Shown here one piece after another: positions 17,319 through 26,575 of a stretch of DNA of 64,000 nt. The notes below the pieces were generated by a model, which saw only the letters and a list, made by a program, of their open reading frames with translations, was not told the origin of the DNA and did no database searches. Every line of letters starts with the position of its first letter. Position 1 is the stretch's first letter. Both the position numbers and the translations under genes were made by a program. The DNA comes from a virus, in the IMG/VR virus record IMGVR_UViG_3300002091_000022, one strand, 5' to 3'.

Positions 17319-18197
17319 ATGTTAAACGTACAAAATGTTAATTTGAAAGGTGGTACTATCCAACAGGACAACATTTTTGTTGATTCTAGTGTTAAAAGTG
17401 TTAATGAGTTAACAGGTTTTGAAGCTATTAAGGGTAAAGAAAATTTAGTTATTAGCAATGGCAAAGTTGTTAATATGGTATCAAACAAGTATGGACATTT
17501 GCCAAATGAAAAGCTATTTTTGCCATGTGAGGAACAACTTATAAATGCTGACATTCAGTATTTGACACGGTCTATTAACAAAAATGATTGCAGTTTTGCA
17601 GTAGATTACATCTTAAACGATGACACTTTTAACGTTGCTATTAATGGCAATATAAAGGACAAAATTCGTCCGATGTTACATATTGTAAACAGTTATGATG
17701 GTAGTGCCAAAACTAGTGGTTCTTTTGGCTTTTTTAGAGAGGTTTGCAGTAATGGCTTAAACATTGCTACAACAAAAGTAGGGTTTAGTGTTAAGCATAG
17801 AAACAACGTTGTTGAAGTTGTTATTCCTAAACTTGAATTGTTAGTAAAGGAATTTATGAGTAATGAGTATTACACTTTAGAAAAAAAGTTTGAAGTATTA
17901 GCGGCGAAGGAATTAAACGGTATTAATGAAGTACAGGCTTTTGTAAAAAAAGTTTGTGAGGAAACAAAGGTTTTCAAATTTGAAGCCAGCGACAAAAACC
18001 CTTTACCTTCATTAAATTCTAATATCGTAATTGATAGCATTATAAACGAAAGTTTGATGTTAGATGTTAAACCTAATATGTGGCTTGGTTTCAATGCTTT
18101 TAATGAGATACTATACAACAAGTTTAATAAGTCATTCGACATATTAAGGGAGTACGATAATACTATTTTTGAAACGGTGTTAGAGATGGCAAACTAA
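17319..18197 (+). CDS. DUF932-family (phage/plasmid TIGR03299-like) protein
   Basis: VSNKYGHLPN; LHIVNSYDGS..GFFREVCSNGL; start corrected to 17319. Confidence 0.8.
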   Translation: MLNVQNVNLKGGTIQQDNIFVDSSVKSVNELTGFEAIKGKENLVISNGKVVNMVSNKYGHLPNEKLFLPCEEQLINADIQYLTRSINKNDCSFAVDYILNDDTFNVAINGNIKDKIRPMLHIVNSYDGSAKTSGSFGFFREVCSNGLNIATTKVGFSVKHRNNVVEVVIPKLELLVKEFMSNEYYTLEKKFEVLAAKELNGINEVQAFVKKVCEETKVFKFEASDKNPLPSLNSNIVIDSIINESLMLDVKPNMWLGFNAFNEILYNKFNKSFDILREYDNTIFETVLEMAN

Positions 18198-18217
18198 AGT
18201 AGCTCGAAAACAAACAT

Positions 18218-18241
18218 AAACCCCTCAAATTTGAGGGGTTT
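18218..18241. terminator. intrinsic terminator
   Basis: aaacccctcaa-at-ttgaggggttt. Confidence 0.75.
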
Positions 18242-18435
18242 TTGCTTTTTAAGCCTATCCCATTAAAAACACATTGCAGCCCGAAAATAAGCCTTAAAAT
18301 CAATATTTTGATATACTTACATTTATTCACTCAGGATTAAAAAAAATATTGGTTTATTTAAAATATAATTTGTTTGGTATTAAATAAACCCCTATATTTG
18401 CACTCTAATTAATTAACAATCTAAATTTAAACGTT

Positions 18436-19041
18436 ATGGCAAAGGTAGCAAAAATTAGCGAAGCGGCTAAAGTTGAAACAAAAAAGTTAATCACTAAAGT
18501 AGTGGTTAAAACAATTAAGGGTACTTCTTTTGTAAGTGTGAGAGAATACCAAAACAGTAAAGGCGAAGTAAGCAATCAAACTTTTTTAGTTGGGTTCGAT
18601 TACGAAAATATGTTAAAAAATGACCTTGCAAAATTGAAGGCATTTGATGTTAACCTATTAGGCGAAGGGGTTAATAAAGAAGTGGCACAATTAGGCTTGA
18701 ATGAGTTAATTGAAAGCCTTGAAAAAAGACTATCTAGTGACGAAAATAAAGCACAATTGTTAAGCGAAGGGGATAGCACTATGATAAGAAGCGAAGCCCA
18801 AAAAAACGCTTATACGCCCGTTTGTAAGGGGTTAAAAATGCAAGATAATAACCTTTACATTTTTGGTCTTATGGTTAAAAAAACGGTGTTAGTTCCCATT
18901 GAGTATAAAAAAGAAAACAGTCAACCTAAAACCATTGCAAAAAAGCAAATTGAGAAGGTAGCGGACGTAAGAAGTAGAAAATATAAAATGTTCAAATTAG
19001 GCGGTTTGGAAACGTTGCAACTACAAGGGGTTTCAATCTAA
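18436..19041 (+). CDS. phage hypothetical protein
   Basis: 201-aa ORF with cassette promoter; last ORF of the array. Confidence 0.8.
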   Translation: MAKVAKISEAAKVETKKLITKVVVKTIKGTSFVSVREYQNSKGEVSNQTFLVGFDYENMLKNDLAKLKAFDVNLLGEGVNKEVAQLGLNELIESLEKRLSSDENKAQLLSEGDSTMIRSEAQKNAYTPVCKGLKMQDNNLYIFGLMVKKTVLVPIEYKKENSQPKTIAKKQIEKVADVRSRKYKMFKLGGLETLQLQGVSI

Positions 19042-19050
19042 CCCACCAAA

Positions 19051-19085
19051 TAAAGTTATCCACATACAAAGTGTGGATAACTTTA
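19051..19085. promoter_or_regulatory. 14-bp inverted repeat containing two perfect DnaA boxes
   Basis: TTATCCACA at 19056-19064 and TGTGGATAA at 19072-19080, within taaagttatccaca-N7-tgtggataacttta. Confidence 0.55.
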
Positions 19086-19130
19086 TCATTGCCATATCAA
19101 ATTAAACCCCTATCTTTGTACAGTCAACGA

Positions 19131-19171
19131 CCCCCCCTCCCGTGTTACCCCCCTTACCATACCCCCTGCCC
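19131..19171 (-). other. G-quadruplex-forming motif (C-runs on plus strand)
   Basis: C7, C3, C6, C5 and C3 runs within 41 nt in an otherwise AT-rich genome. Confidence 0.6.
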
Positions 19172-19324
19172 GTGCCTCAAAGGTGGGGTGCGATAAGATG
19201 CATGAAATTTTTCCTGGAAATTTTTTTCGTTTTCAAAGTCGAGGGGTCCAAATTCAAAATTTTTTTTTTGCAAATTTTTTTTGCATATAAAAAATCAGAT
19301 GTGTATATTTGCCAAAAATAGATT

Positions 19325-19621
19325 ATGGGTAAAGAGATATTAGTATTAACAGAGGAAGAGAAAGCTCGTTTATTAAAGTATGAATCATTAACTACAAAGG
19401 ATAAAGAAACGATAGTAAATATGAAAAAGAATCTAGGTATGACTACTGATGAGATTTCCCGAAGATATGGTATTACGCCACCAGATGTTAATAGAATTAT
19501 ATCACCGCCAGTTAATTATGGCACATGGACACCTGAGGAAAAGATGCGGCACTGGATTGCTGGCCAACGTAGAGCGGCAACGGTTAAACGTCAACGAGAA
19601 GAAAAAAAACAAAAGATATAA
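19325..19621 (+). CDS. HTH DNA-binding protein
   Basis: LGMTTDEISRRYGITPPDVNRII helix-turn-helix pattern; promoter at 19280-19311. Confidence 0.6.
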   Translation: MGKEILVLTEEEKARLLKYESLTTKDKETIVNMKKNLGMTTDEISRRYGITPPDVNRIISPPVNYGTWTPEEKMRHWIAGQRRAATVKRQREEKKQKI

Positions 19622-20001
19622 TGAAAGCGATATTAGCGGTAAACAATTTAGGATACATCGGGTTAGACAATGGGTTACCATGGCGATGTAAAGAGGATTT
19701 CCAGCACTTCAAGAAGTTAACTGAGGGTGGACGATTATTAGTGGGTTATAATACGTATCAAACGTTACCGCCACTTAAGGGTCGAGAGATAATCTTATTA
19801 ACTAAGGATTTGACTGAGGAGGATTTCAAGAGAATAGACTGGTGTATAGGTGGTCGTAAGACTTATGAGTACATGAGTGATTTGTTTACTGAGTTGCATA
19901 TAAGTCATATAGACGATAACACTATAGGGGATGTAATGTTTCCAGACTTAAAGTGTTTGCATCCAGATTGTAAAATTTTTAATTATTATTTTAAACCTTA
20001 A
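19621..20001 (+). CDS. folA: dihydrofolate reductase
   Basis: ILAVNNLGYIGLDNGLPWRCKEDFQHFKKLT; GYNTYQTLPPLKGR; IGG. Confidence 0.92.
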   Translation: MKAILAVNNLGYIGLDNGLPWRCKEDFQHFKKLTEGGRLLVGYNTYQTLPPLKGREIILLTKDLTEEDFKRIDWCIGGRKTYEYMSDLFTELHISHIDDNTIGDVMFPDLKCLHPDCKIFNYYFKP

Positions 20002-20013
20002 TATAGAACAGTA

Positions 20014-21264
20014 ATGGCTGAGAAGTATACGTTAATTGGAGAGAGTAGGTCAAGTGATTTAGATAAGCTTATAGCATGTTATAAGGAGTCGAAGAAGAAT
20101 GCTAGGGTATTATATTACAATAATCCTAAGGCATATTATATAACTAGGTTGGTTGTATTTTATCGTGAGGATGGTAGTTTTGAGATTGCGCATTTGCAGA
20201 AGACATTTGGTATGTCTAAGACGAATATCTTATATAATACGCAGAAGAAGATTTCGAGTATTATCTATTCAAAGAATCGTTTTTATTATCGTGTTGGTGG
20301 GAAGAGTAAGGGTACTATGTGTCAGATGATGTATAAGCATATAGGTGACCTTGCATCTGGCACTGGTTTACGAAAGGAGTTAGAGGCATTTCTACATAAT
20401 AAGTTTTCGTATTTAAGGTTTATTGGTGATGATATTGAATTGCAGCATAAGGCTGTTAATACGTTTATTATTCATAAGTTGTATAATTTGAATGATGCTT
20501 TAAGGTATTTCTACAAGGCACCGTTACCAATTATAAAGAAATGGCGTGGTTTAGCGGATGGTGACGTTTTTCGTGATGGTGGTGATGATTTTTTTATGGC
20601 GACTAATAGGATACCACGAAATCTTAAGGGTTGGCATAGTGCCCGTGAGCGAATGATAAACATTGAGAATATGCAGGGTTGGATGATTAACCATGCGTTT
20701 TTTCATGATACTGTTGGTATGGCCAGAAAGTTGGATAAGATGATAAATTGTTCATGGAGTATTAAGCGATTTATGCAAGAGCATGATGCTTGGTCCCGTG
20801 AGATAAGTGACATATTATTTGCTACTGAGCCTAACATTATCTTAACTATTCATAAGCGTTATTTGGATTTTGCTGAGTATAGTGGGTATAAGATATTCAA
20901 GACTAGTAAGGAGTTGGTATTAGAGGGTATGGTACAGAATCATTGTGTTGGTGGATATACGAATAGTGTTAATTCTGGTAGGAGTGGGATATATCATATT
21001 GAGGGTCATACGCTTGAGTTGAGGTATGGTCAAGATTATTCTTTTAGGGCAACGGCATTTGAGCCAGATAATAAGATGCAGCTTCGTATGGTACAATTTA
21101 GGGGTTATAAGAATGCGGATGCTCCTAAAGAGCTAAAGGATAAGGTATTAGCTAAGCTTGAGGAGTTCAATAAATTACCAGTGGAGCCAGATGTAGAGGT
21201 TATTGATGAGTTAAAAAAAAATAAAGAGAGGGTACTAGCTGTACTTGAGGAAGATTGGAATTAA
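20014..21264 (+). CDS. PcfJ-like domain protein
   Basis: C-terminal ELVLEGMVQNHCVGGY..V..G.SGIYHI..QFRGYKN. Confidence 0.7.
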   Translation: MAEKYTLIGESRSSDLDKLIACYKESKKNARVLYYNNPKAYYITRLVVFYREDGSFEIAHLQKTFGMSKTNILYNTQKKISSIIYSKNRFYYRVGGKSKGTMCQMMYKHIGDLASGTGLRKELEAFLHNKFSYLRFIGDDIELQHKAVNTFIIHKLYNLNDALRYFYKAPLPIIKKWRGLADGDVFRDGGDDFFMATNRIPRNLKGWHSARERMINIENMQGWMINHAFFHDTVGMARKLDKMINCSWSIKRFMQEHDAWSREISDILFATEPNIILTIHKRYLDFAEYSGYKIFKTSKELVLEGMVQNHCVGGYTNSVNSGRSGIYHIEGHTLELRYGQDYSFRATAFEPDNKMQLRMVQFRGYKNADAPKELKDKVLAKLEEFNKLPVEPDVEVIDELKKNKERVLAVLEEDWN

Positions 21265-22583
21265 AGGTATTCTTCATCTAATGGGTTTTTAACATCAAGA
21301 CCTTCGGTTAGTTCTTCGAATTTGAAGAGTGATTCATTAGCTTTATTAATTATTTCGTTAAGTAATTCTTCGGGTATAGCTGGGGATGGTAGTATAATTG
21401 ATTTAGTGTATGATGTTTGACCGAATGCTTGTTTTTTAGCCATAGATAGGACTCTATATAGAAGGTTATCCATATTGTCTGGTCTTGTTGTTACCACATC
21501 GTTTTTAACTTGGCAGAATAAGCTATATCTTTCTTCGTCCATTTTATCTAAGTAGAAAGTGAATTCGGATACAGTATTCATATTTGGGAAAGTATAAATT
21601 TCGTCACCTACTTTCATATTAGCGTCTCTATTAAAGACAACTTTTTGGAAATATACGGCTTTTTCGCTTGAACCATTATAAAATGTTTTAAGGAATGGTA
21701 TTCTTTTTATGAAGTAATCTGGAGTAAAGTTATTAATTCTTGATGTTGATTCGTTGATGCTTACTTCGGTATCATAAGATTTGTTTTTATAGCTATCGAG
21801 TAGGTCCATAAATTCTGTTCTTCTAAGTACTTTGAATACGATATTTTCGGTAGAGTATTCGCCGCCGCTTTCAAGGCCAGCCTTTCTCATTTGTTTTATA
21901 TCATCTTTGATTTTATCAACCTTTTTGATAACGCTTTTAAAGTTTTGTGCGAGGTAATCTTTTTCGACTGATTTAATTTTGTCAAAGATTTTTTGCACTT
22001 TTCTTTTTATAAGGGTTTTATCAACTTTAAATTTAGCTTTATCAGGTTTTTTCAACCATTTATTTGCTTTAACTGAGTATATTGAAGATGCGTGAACTTT
22101 TTCTTTAATATCTTGGACATAGATTTCCACTGGGAATCCTTCAATTTCCACGTTATGTTTTTTGTTCCATAGATTTTTTTCAGCGTCAAAGTGTTTTTTA
22201 ATAAATTCTTCATCATCTTTAAACTTTTTGAAGTCAATAAGAAGGTGGAGGTCAATATCTGAGAATTTGGACCAATTATAATTGGCTAGGCTACCTAGGA
22301 ATAGTACATCTTTAAGTGTAATACCTTCTGGTACTTCAAGTTCTTTAAAGAAGTCGTTAGCGATTTTAAGTAAAGCTGTTTTAACTTTAGGTATTAATTT
22401 ATCGTTTTTAAAAATATTGGTATTAAGTTCTCCTTTAAGTTTAAAGCTATTAAGTACATCGCTTGGAATCTTTAGTTCAATATCTAAATTTTCCATTGCC
22501 TTTTCATTTATTTTTTCGACTTCATTAAGGTGAGCGAAAGGTCTTGTTATAATATCATAATTTTCAGAGAGAATAAATTTCAT
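21261..22583 (-). CDS. pol-beta-superfamily nucleotidyltransferase with C-terminal extension
   Basis: LFLGSLANYNWSKFSDIDLHL (GS..DxD) and PVEIYVQD; start corrected to MKFILSE after ATATTTAT at 22598-22605. Confidence 0.8.
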   Translation of the reverse strand: MKFILSENYDIITRPFAHLNEVEKINEKAMENLDIELKIPSDVLNSFKLKGELNTNIFKNDKLIPKVKTALLKIANDFFKELEVPEGITLKDVLFLGSLANYNWSKFSDIDLHLLIDFKKFKDDEEFIKKHFDAEKNLWNKKHNVEIEGFPVEIYVQDIKEKVHASSIYSVKANKWLKKPDKAKFKVDKTLIKRKVQKIFDKIKSVEKDYLAQNFKSVIKKVDKIKDDIKQMRKAGLESGGEYSTENIVFKVLRRTEFMDLLDSYKNKSYDTEVSINESTSRINNFTPDYFIKRIPFLKTFYNGSSEKAVYFQKVVFNRDANMKVGDEIYTFPNMNTVSEFTFYLDKMDEERYSLFCQVKNDVVTTRPDNMDNLLYRVLSMAKKQAFGQTSYTKSIILPSPAIPEELLNEIINKANESLFKFEELTEGLDVKNPLDEEYL

Positions 22584-22640
22584 TGAATAGTTTTTTAATA
22601 AATATTTGTTTATTAGTATTAAAGTCAGTATATTTGCATA

Positions 22641-23291
22641 ATGGAACAGTATTTTAAATATAATCGTACATATCATTTACCTAATTCATTGGGTTCAACC
22701 AGTGATGACAAGTTTATGCCAGATACATCTGAGTTCATTGGTAAGCGAATTATTATCAGTGAGAAGATGGATGGTGAGAATACGAATATGTATCCAGATA
22801 GGTACCATGCTAGGTCGATTGATTCTAAGGACCATGAGAGCCGTCATTATGTGAAGGGTGTTTGGGGTCGGATAAAGAGTCAGATTCCTGATGGCTGGCG
22901 CATATGTGGTGAGAATTTGTATGCCAAGCATTCATTATATTATGAGGATTTGGAATCATACTTTATGGTATTTTCTATATGGGATGAGAACAACATGTGT
23001 CTTTCATGGAATGATACAGTTGATTTCTGTAAGATGTTAGATTTGGTAACGGTACCAACGCTTGTTGAGCCGATGTTATTTGATGACAAGTTTATTATTG
23101 ATTTTGCGAATAAGATTGACACTACGAAGCAAGAGGGTTTTGTAATAAGGAATATTGAATCATTTCATTATGATGAATTTTATAAGAATGTTGGGAAGTG
23201 GGTACGGCCTAAGCATGTAACGTCTGGTAATCATTGGATGTTTGAAAAAATTGTACCTAATAAATTAAGAAGTAATGGAGAAGATAAGTAA
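22641..23291 (+). CDS. ATP-dependent RNA ligase (Rnl-type)
   Basis: Motif I SEKMDGEN; GENLYAKHS; EGFVIR; KWVR. Confidence 0.85.
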   Translation: MEQYFKYNRTYHLPNSLGSTSDDKFMPDTSEFIGKRIIISEKMDGENTNMYPDRYHARSIDSKDHESRHYVKGVWGRIKSQIPDGWRICGENLYAKHSLYYEDLESYFMVFSIWDENNMCLSWNDTVDFCKMLDLVTVPTLVEPMLFDDKFIIDFANKIDTTKQEGFVIRNIESFHYDEFYKNVGKWVRPKHVTSGNHWMFEKIVPNKLRSNGEDK

Positions 23292-23667
23292 GCAAATAAT
23301 TGTAATGAGGAAGGACCTCAACATGCGTAAGGGTAAGATGATTGCGCAAGGTGCACATGCATCATTGGCAGCGATTCTTAATTATGGTGGTAAGGATGAT
23401 AAAGGAATAAATATTTCATTTTCGTCTAATTCAGCTATATGTGATTGGGTTAATGGCAGGTTTACTAAGATATGTGTATCGGTTGATTCTGAGAAGGAGT
23501 TACTTGAGATATATCAAGCGGCTGTAAAGGCTAAGTTGATATGTGCGTTAATAACTGATGCTGGTGCTACTGAGTTTAATGGGGTGCCAACGAAGACATG
23601 TTGTGCCATTGGTCCATCGTGGTCTGATGAGGTTGATAAGATTACTGGGCATTTAAAATTATTGTAA
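23275..23667 (+). CDS. pth2: peptidyl-tRNA hydrolase, Pth2 family
   Basis: KQIIVMRKDLNMRKGKMIAQGAHAS; ITDAGATEF; TCCAIGP. Confidence 0.92.
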   Translation: MEKISKQIIVMRKDLNMRKGKMIAQGAHASLAAILNYGGKDDKGINISFSSNSAICDWVNGRFTKICVSVDSEKELLEIYQAAVKAKLICALITDAGATEFNGVPTKTCCAIGPSWSDEVDKITGHLKLL

Positions 23668-23894
23668 TGCGTGGGAGAAGTCATACTCAGATGTTTAGAA
23701 TGGCTGAAAAGCGTGGTTGGAAACGTTGGGGTAATTTTACTAAGAAAAATGGTAGTAGTTACCAATGCTTTAGGAAGGGTAATAATTATATCTGGATTGG
23801 ATATTGGTATATAGAAAACATCAAATATTGGTTAGCTTTACCTTATATGGATAAGCGAACAACAAAACAACAAATCGAAAAATATTTAATATAA
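23667..23894 (+). CDS. hypothetical protein
   Basis: Coupled ORF (TAATG overlap). Confidence 0.65.
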   Translation: MRGRSHTQMFRMAEKRGWKRWGNFTKKNGSSYQCFRKGNNYIWIGYWYIENIKYWLALPYMDKRTTKQQIEKYLI

Positions 23895-24088
23895 TGGCTA
23901 AGACACATTATGCGCCTATTAATAGGATAGATAAGGATGACAATGATAAAGTTTATTATGAGGTTACTCATTGTGGTCTTCACAATAGTAAGTCACCAGT
24001 AACAAACGATATTCAGATGGTATCTTGTATCAAGTGTATTGATATTTTTTATAAATTTAAGAATTATGAGTCAGAAGCAGAATCATAA
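23894..24088 (+). CDS. small putative Zn-binding protein
   Basis: THY..HCGL..VSCIKC; coupled ORF. Confidence 0.55.
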   Translation: MAKTHYAPINRIDKDDNDKVYYEVTHCGLHNSKSPVTNDIQMVSCIKCIDIFYKFKNYESEAES

Positions 24089-24380
24089 GCGGTGGCGAAA
24101 GGAATTCAATGAGGTATGTCTTAAGCGTGACAATAACAAGTGTGTATTTTGTGATATTACTGATAATTTGGACGTTCACCATATAGTAGACCGACATGAT
24201 ATGCCGAATGGTGGTTATGTTCTTAGTAATGGTATTACTCTTTGTAGTGAGCATCATTTATTAGCTGAGGAGTGGCATTCAACTGGTAGTGGAATATTTG
24301 AGTTTAGTTCTGAGGAATTATATAAAAAGATTAAAAGTTCATACGATAAGGCGTATGGGGACAGTGAAAATTTAAACTAA
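24066..24380 (+). CDS. HNH endonuclease
   Basis: CLKRDNNKCVFC..LDVHHI..NGITLCSEHH; start corrected. Confidence 0.8.
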   Translation: MSQKQNHKRWRKEFNEVCLKRDNNKCVFCDITDNLDVHHIVDRHDMPNGGYVLSNGITLCSEHHLLAEEWHSTGSGIFEFSSEELYKKIKSSYDKAYGDSENLN

Positions 24381-24847
24381 TGAAAAAAGATATTAAGCCA
24401 CTTTATCGCAAGGTAAATACTAGAACGATAAATGTTCATCATCAATCTGGTTCTGATGCTAGACATGATAGAAATACGAAACAAGGACTTAAAAAGTCAA
24501 TGAGACGTGGTGCTGAACGTGGATTAGATTTTACACCATTATATATGTTTTTATTATCTAAGGTTGGGCAAAATTGGGATGATATTTATAGTGAAGCTGT
24601 TTCAAGATTACCATATTCTGACCCAATCTTTCACTTAGTTAAAGATAAGGATTGGGGTCCAACTGTTAGGTGTGGTGAATCAAGTAGGTATAGTGCCTTA
24701 TATATTGATGAAAACAATTTATTACAGAAAGTGGACCCAGAATTGACAAATGAAAAATTAACACCATCATGTCCATGTTGTACGCATACATTTAATGGTA
24801 AGCCATTAATGTTACCGTATAGTGTTCATACTAAAAAATTAAACTAA
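24380..24847 (+). CDS. conserved hypothetical protein
   Basis: YRKVNTRT..RGLDFTPLYMFLLSKVGQNWDDIYSEA. Confidence 0.75.
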   Translation: MKKDIKPLYRKVNTRTINVHHQSGSDARHDRNTKQGLKKSMRRGAERGLDFTPLYMFLLSKVGQNWDDIYSEAVSRLPYSDPIFHLVKDKDWGPTVRCGESSRYSALYIDENNLLQKVDPELTNEKLTPSCPCCTHTFNGKPLMLPYSVHTKKLN

Positions 24848-25755
24848 TGGAAAAGTCATTAAAAATATTGATATTAATTGGTATTCCAGCCAGTGGTAAA
24901 TCCACGTGGTCTAAGGAATATGCGTTACGTAATGCTGATTATGTCAGGGTTAATCGTGATGATTTCAGGCATATGTTAAAGAATGCATCATTATGTGAGA
25001 ATAAGATTGAGGATATGATTACAGAATTGGTTGAAAAAACCATTGAGTCTTCCTTATCTAAGCGTCTTAATGTAATTGTTGACAATACTAACTTGAAGGG
25101 TAAGTACTTAGATGCTATAATTGAGCGTTTTAAGTACCAAGCAGACATTGATTTCAGGTTGTTTGACATTTCCCCTGCCAAGGCAATTGAGCGTGATAAA
25201 GAGCGTGAAAATAAGGTAGGTGAGGGTGTGATTAAAAAGATGTTTAACGATTATAAGGTCTTGATAGACAGTTATGATTTTCAGCCTAGAACTAAGTTAA
25301 AGGTGAAGCCAATTATTCAACCAGACTTCAATAGTAAGTTACCTAAGGCGGTATTATTTGATATAGATGGTACGTTAGCTCACATGGGTAATCGTGGTCC
25401 ATTTGATTGGGACAAGGTTGACAGGGATAGTATAAATTTGATTGTAGCTGAGCAAGTTGATTTTCATCGAACACTTGGTCGAAGGATAATTGTTGTTACT
25501 GGCCGTGATGAATCTTGCAGAAATATTACTGCGGATTGGTTAGCTTTTTACGATGTCAAATTTGACGAGATGTTAATGCGTCCTAAGAATGATTTTAGAA
25601 AAGACACTATAATCAAGCGAGAAATTTACAATAATCATATTCGAGATGTTTATAATGTGATGGCTATCTATGATGATAGGTTACAAGTATTGGACATGTG
25701 GTATGAGGAAGGTTTATTTACGTTTAATGTTAACCAAGGGAACCTAATGTATTAA
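24847..25755 (+). CDS. pseT: polynucleotide 5'-kinase/3'-phosphatase (T4 PseT-like)
   Basis: GIPASGKST P-loop; RVNRDDFR; HAD motif FDIDGTLA; YDDR. Confidence 0.92.
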   Translation: MEKSLKILILIGIPASGKSTWSKEYALRNADYVRVNRDDFRHMLKNASLCENKIEDMITELVEKTIESSLSKRLNVIVDNTNLKGKYLDAIIERFKYQADIDFRLFDISPAKAIERDKERENKVGEGVIKKMFNDYKVLIDSYDFQPRTKLKVKPIIQPDFNSKLPKAVLFDIDGTLAHMGNRGPFDWDKVDRDSINLIVAEQVDFHRTLGRRIIVVTGRDESCRNITADWLAFYDVKFDEMLMRPKNDFRKDTIIKREIYNNHIRDVYNVMAIYDDRLQVLDMWYEEGLFTFNVNQGNLMY

Positions 25756-25795
25756 AAATTATCATTTCCCTATTCTCTATATATATTTATATTAT

Positions 25796-26575
25796 ATGGG
25801 AAAAGGTAATTTTTATGTTTATGTTCTGTTAAATCAGAAATATTGTGGGGAGTGGAGTTATAAAGATTTAGTTTTTACTAATAAACCATTTTATATTGGT
25901 ATTGGACGTGGTTATAGGATGACAGCACATTTTACACCATTTAATTTAAAAAAGAAATCAATAAAAAATAATATTATTAAGACAATAATGTCTGAATTAG
26001 ATGAGTTACCGATTTTTTATAAAATTTATTGTAATTTAGATGAAGATACAGCTAAAAATATTGAAACTGATTTAATACAATTTTTTGGTAGGATTAAAGA
26101 TAATTCTGGAATATTATCAAATTTAACTGATGGTGGTGATGGAATATCTGGTTATAACCACACTGAAAAATATAAAAATTCACTTAGAAAAAAATTATAT
26201 CAGTATGATTTATCTGGAAATTTTATTAAAGAATGGGAATCATTAAAATCAGTTGTTGATTTTTTTAATTTATCTGGCGGTGGTGGTATTAGAGCATCAA
26301 TAAATAAAAAAAATCAATGCAAGGGGTTTTTATGGCAATATATAAAAGCTGAGAAGTTGGAAAAACATGTTGGGCATAAAGCAAAATATTATTATGGTAT
26401 TATAATGGAAGATAACACTAAAAAATTTTTTAAGGACGTAACTGAAATAAATAGTTTTTTTAAACGGACTGTTAGTATAGGTAATATATCGAGTTGTGCT
26501 TCAGGTAAAATAAAAAGTTATTTAGGTTATAAATGGGTGAAAGAAATAATTAATCAAGGTAATTTTAATTTTTAG
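25796..26575 (+). CDS. GIY-YIG-like homing endonuclease with NUMOD1-type repeats
   Basis: FYVYVLL..PFYIGIG..R; LSNLTDGGDG; KLYQYDLSGNFIKEWES; late-type promoter at 25783. Confidence 0.72.
   Translation: MGKGNFYVYVLLNQKYCGEWSYKDLVFTNKPFYIGIGRGYRMTAHFTPFNLKKKSIKNNIIKTIMSELDELPIFYKIYCNLDEDTAKNIETDLIQFFGRIKDNSGILSNLTDGGDGISGYNHTEKYKNSLRKKLYQYDLSGNFIKEWESLKSVVDFFNLSGGGGIRASINKKNQCKGFLWQYIKAEKLEKHVGHKAKYYYGIIMEDNTKKFFKDVTEINSFFKRTVSIGNISSCASGKIKSYLGYKWVKEIINQGNFNF

Larger units (their letters stand above)
1..19118 (+). repeat. Dispersed ~55-60 bp promoter/leader repeat heading nearly every ORF (about 38-40 copies)
   Basis: TAnnTTTG boxes read at 23,366,872,1205,1984,2607,2852,3226,3558,3885,4549,5024,6002,6802,7881,8411,8877,9111,9804,10169,10601,10894,11777,12185,12803,13339,13591,13814,14090,14541,14836,15208,15778,16338,17158,17263,18393,19111, plus minus-strand copies at 11709-11716 and 17045-17052. 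Most have TTTG 19-20 nt upstream and ctaaattaaa..ttATG downstream. Confidence 0.92.

Noticed and set aside
1-19118. CRISPR array interpretation of the dispersed repeat
   Set aside because: The units between repeats are 200-1000 bp protein-coding genes of variable length, the repeats are degenerate promoters, and no cas genes are present.
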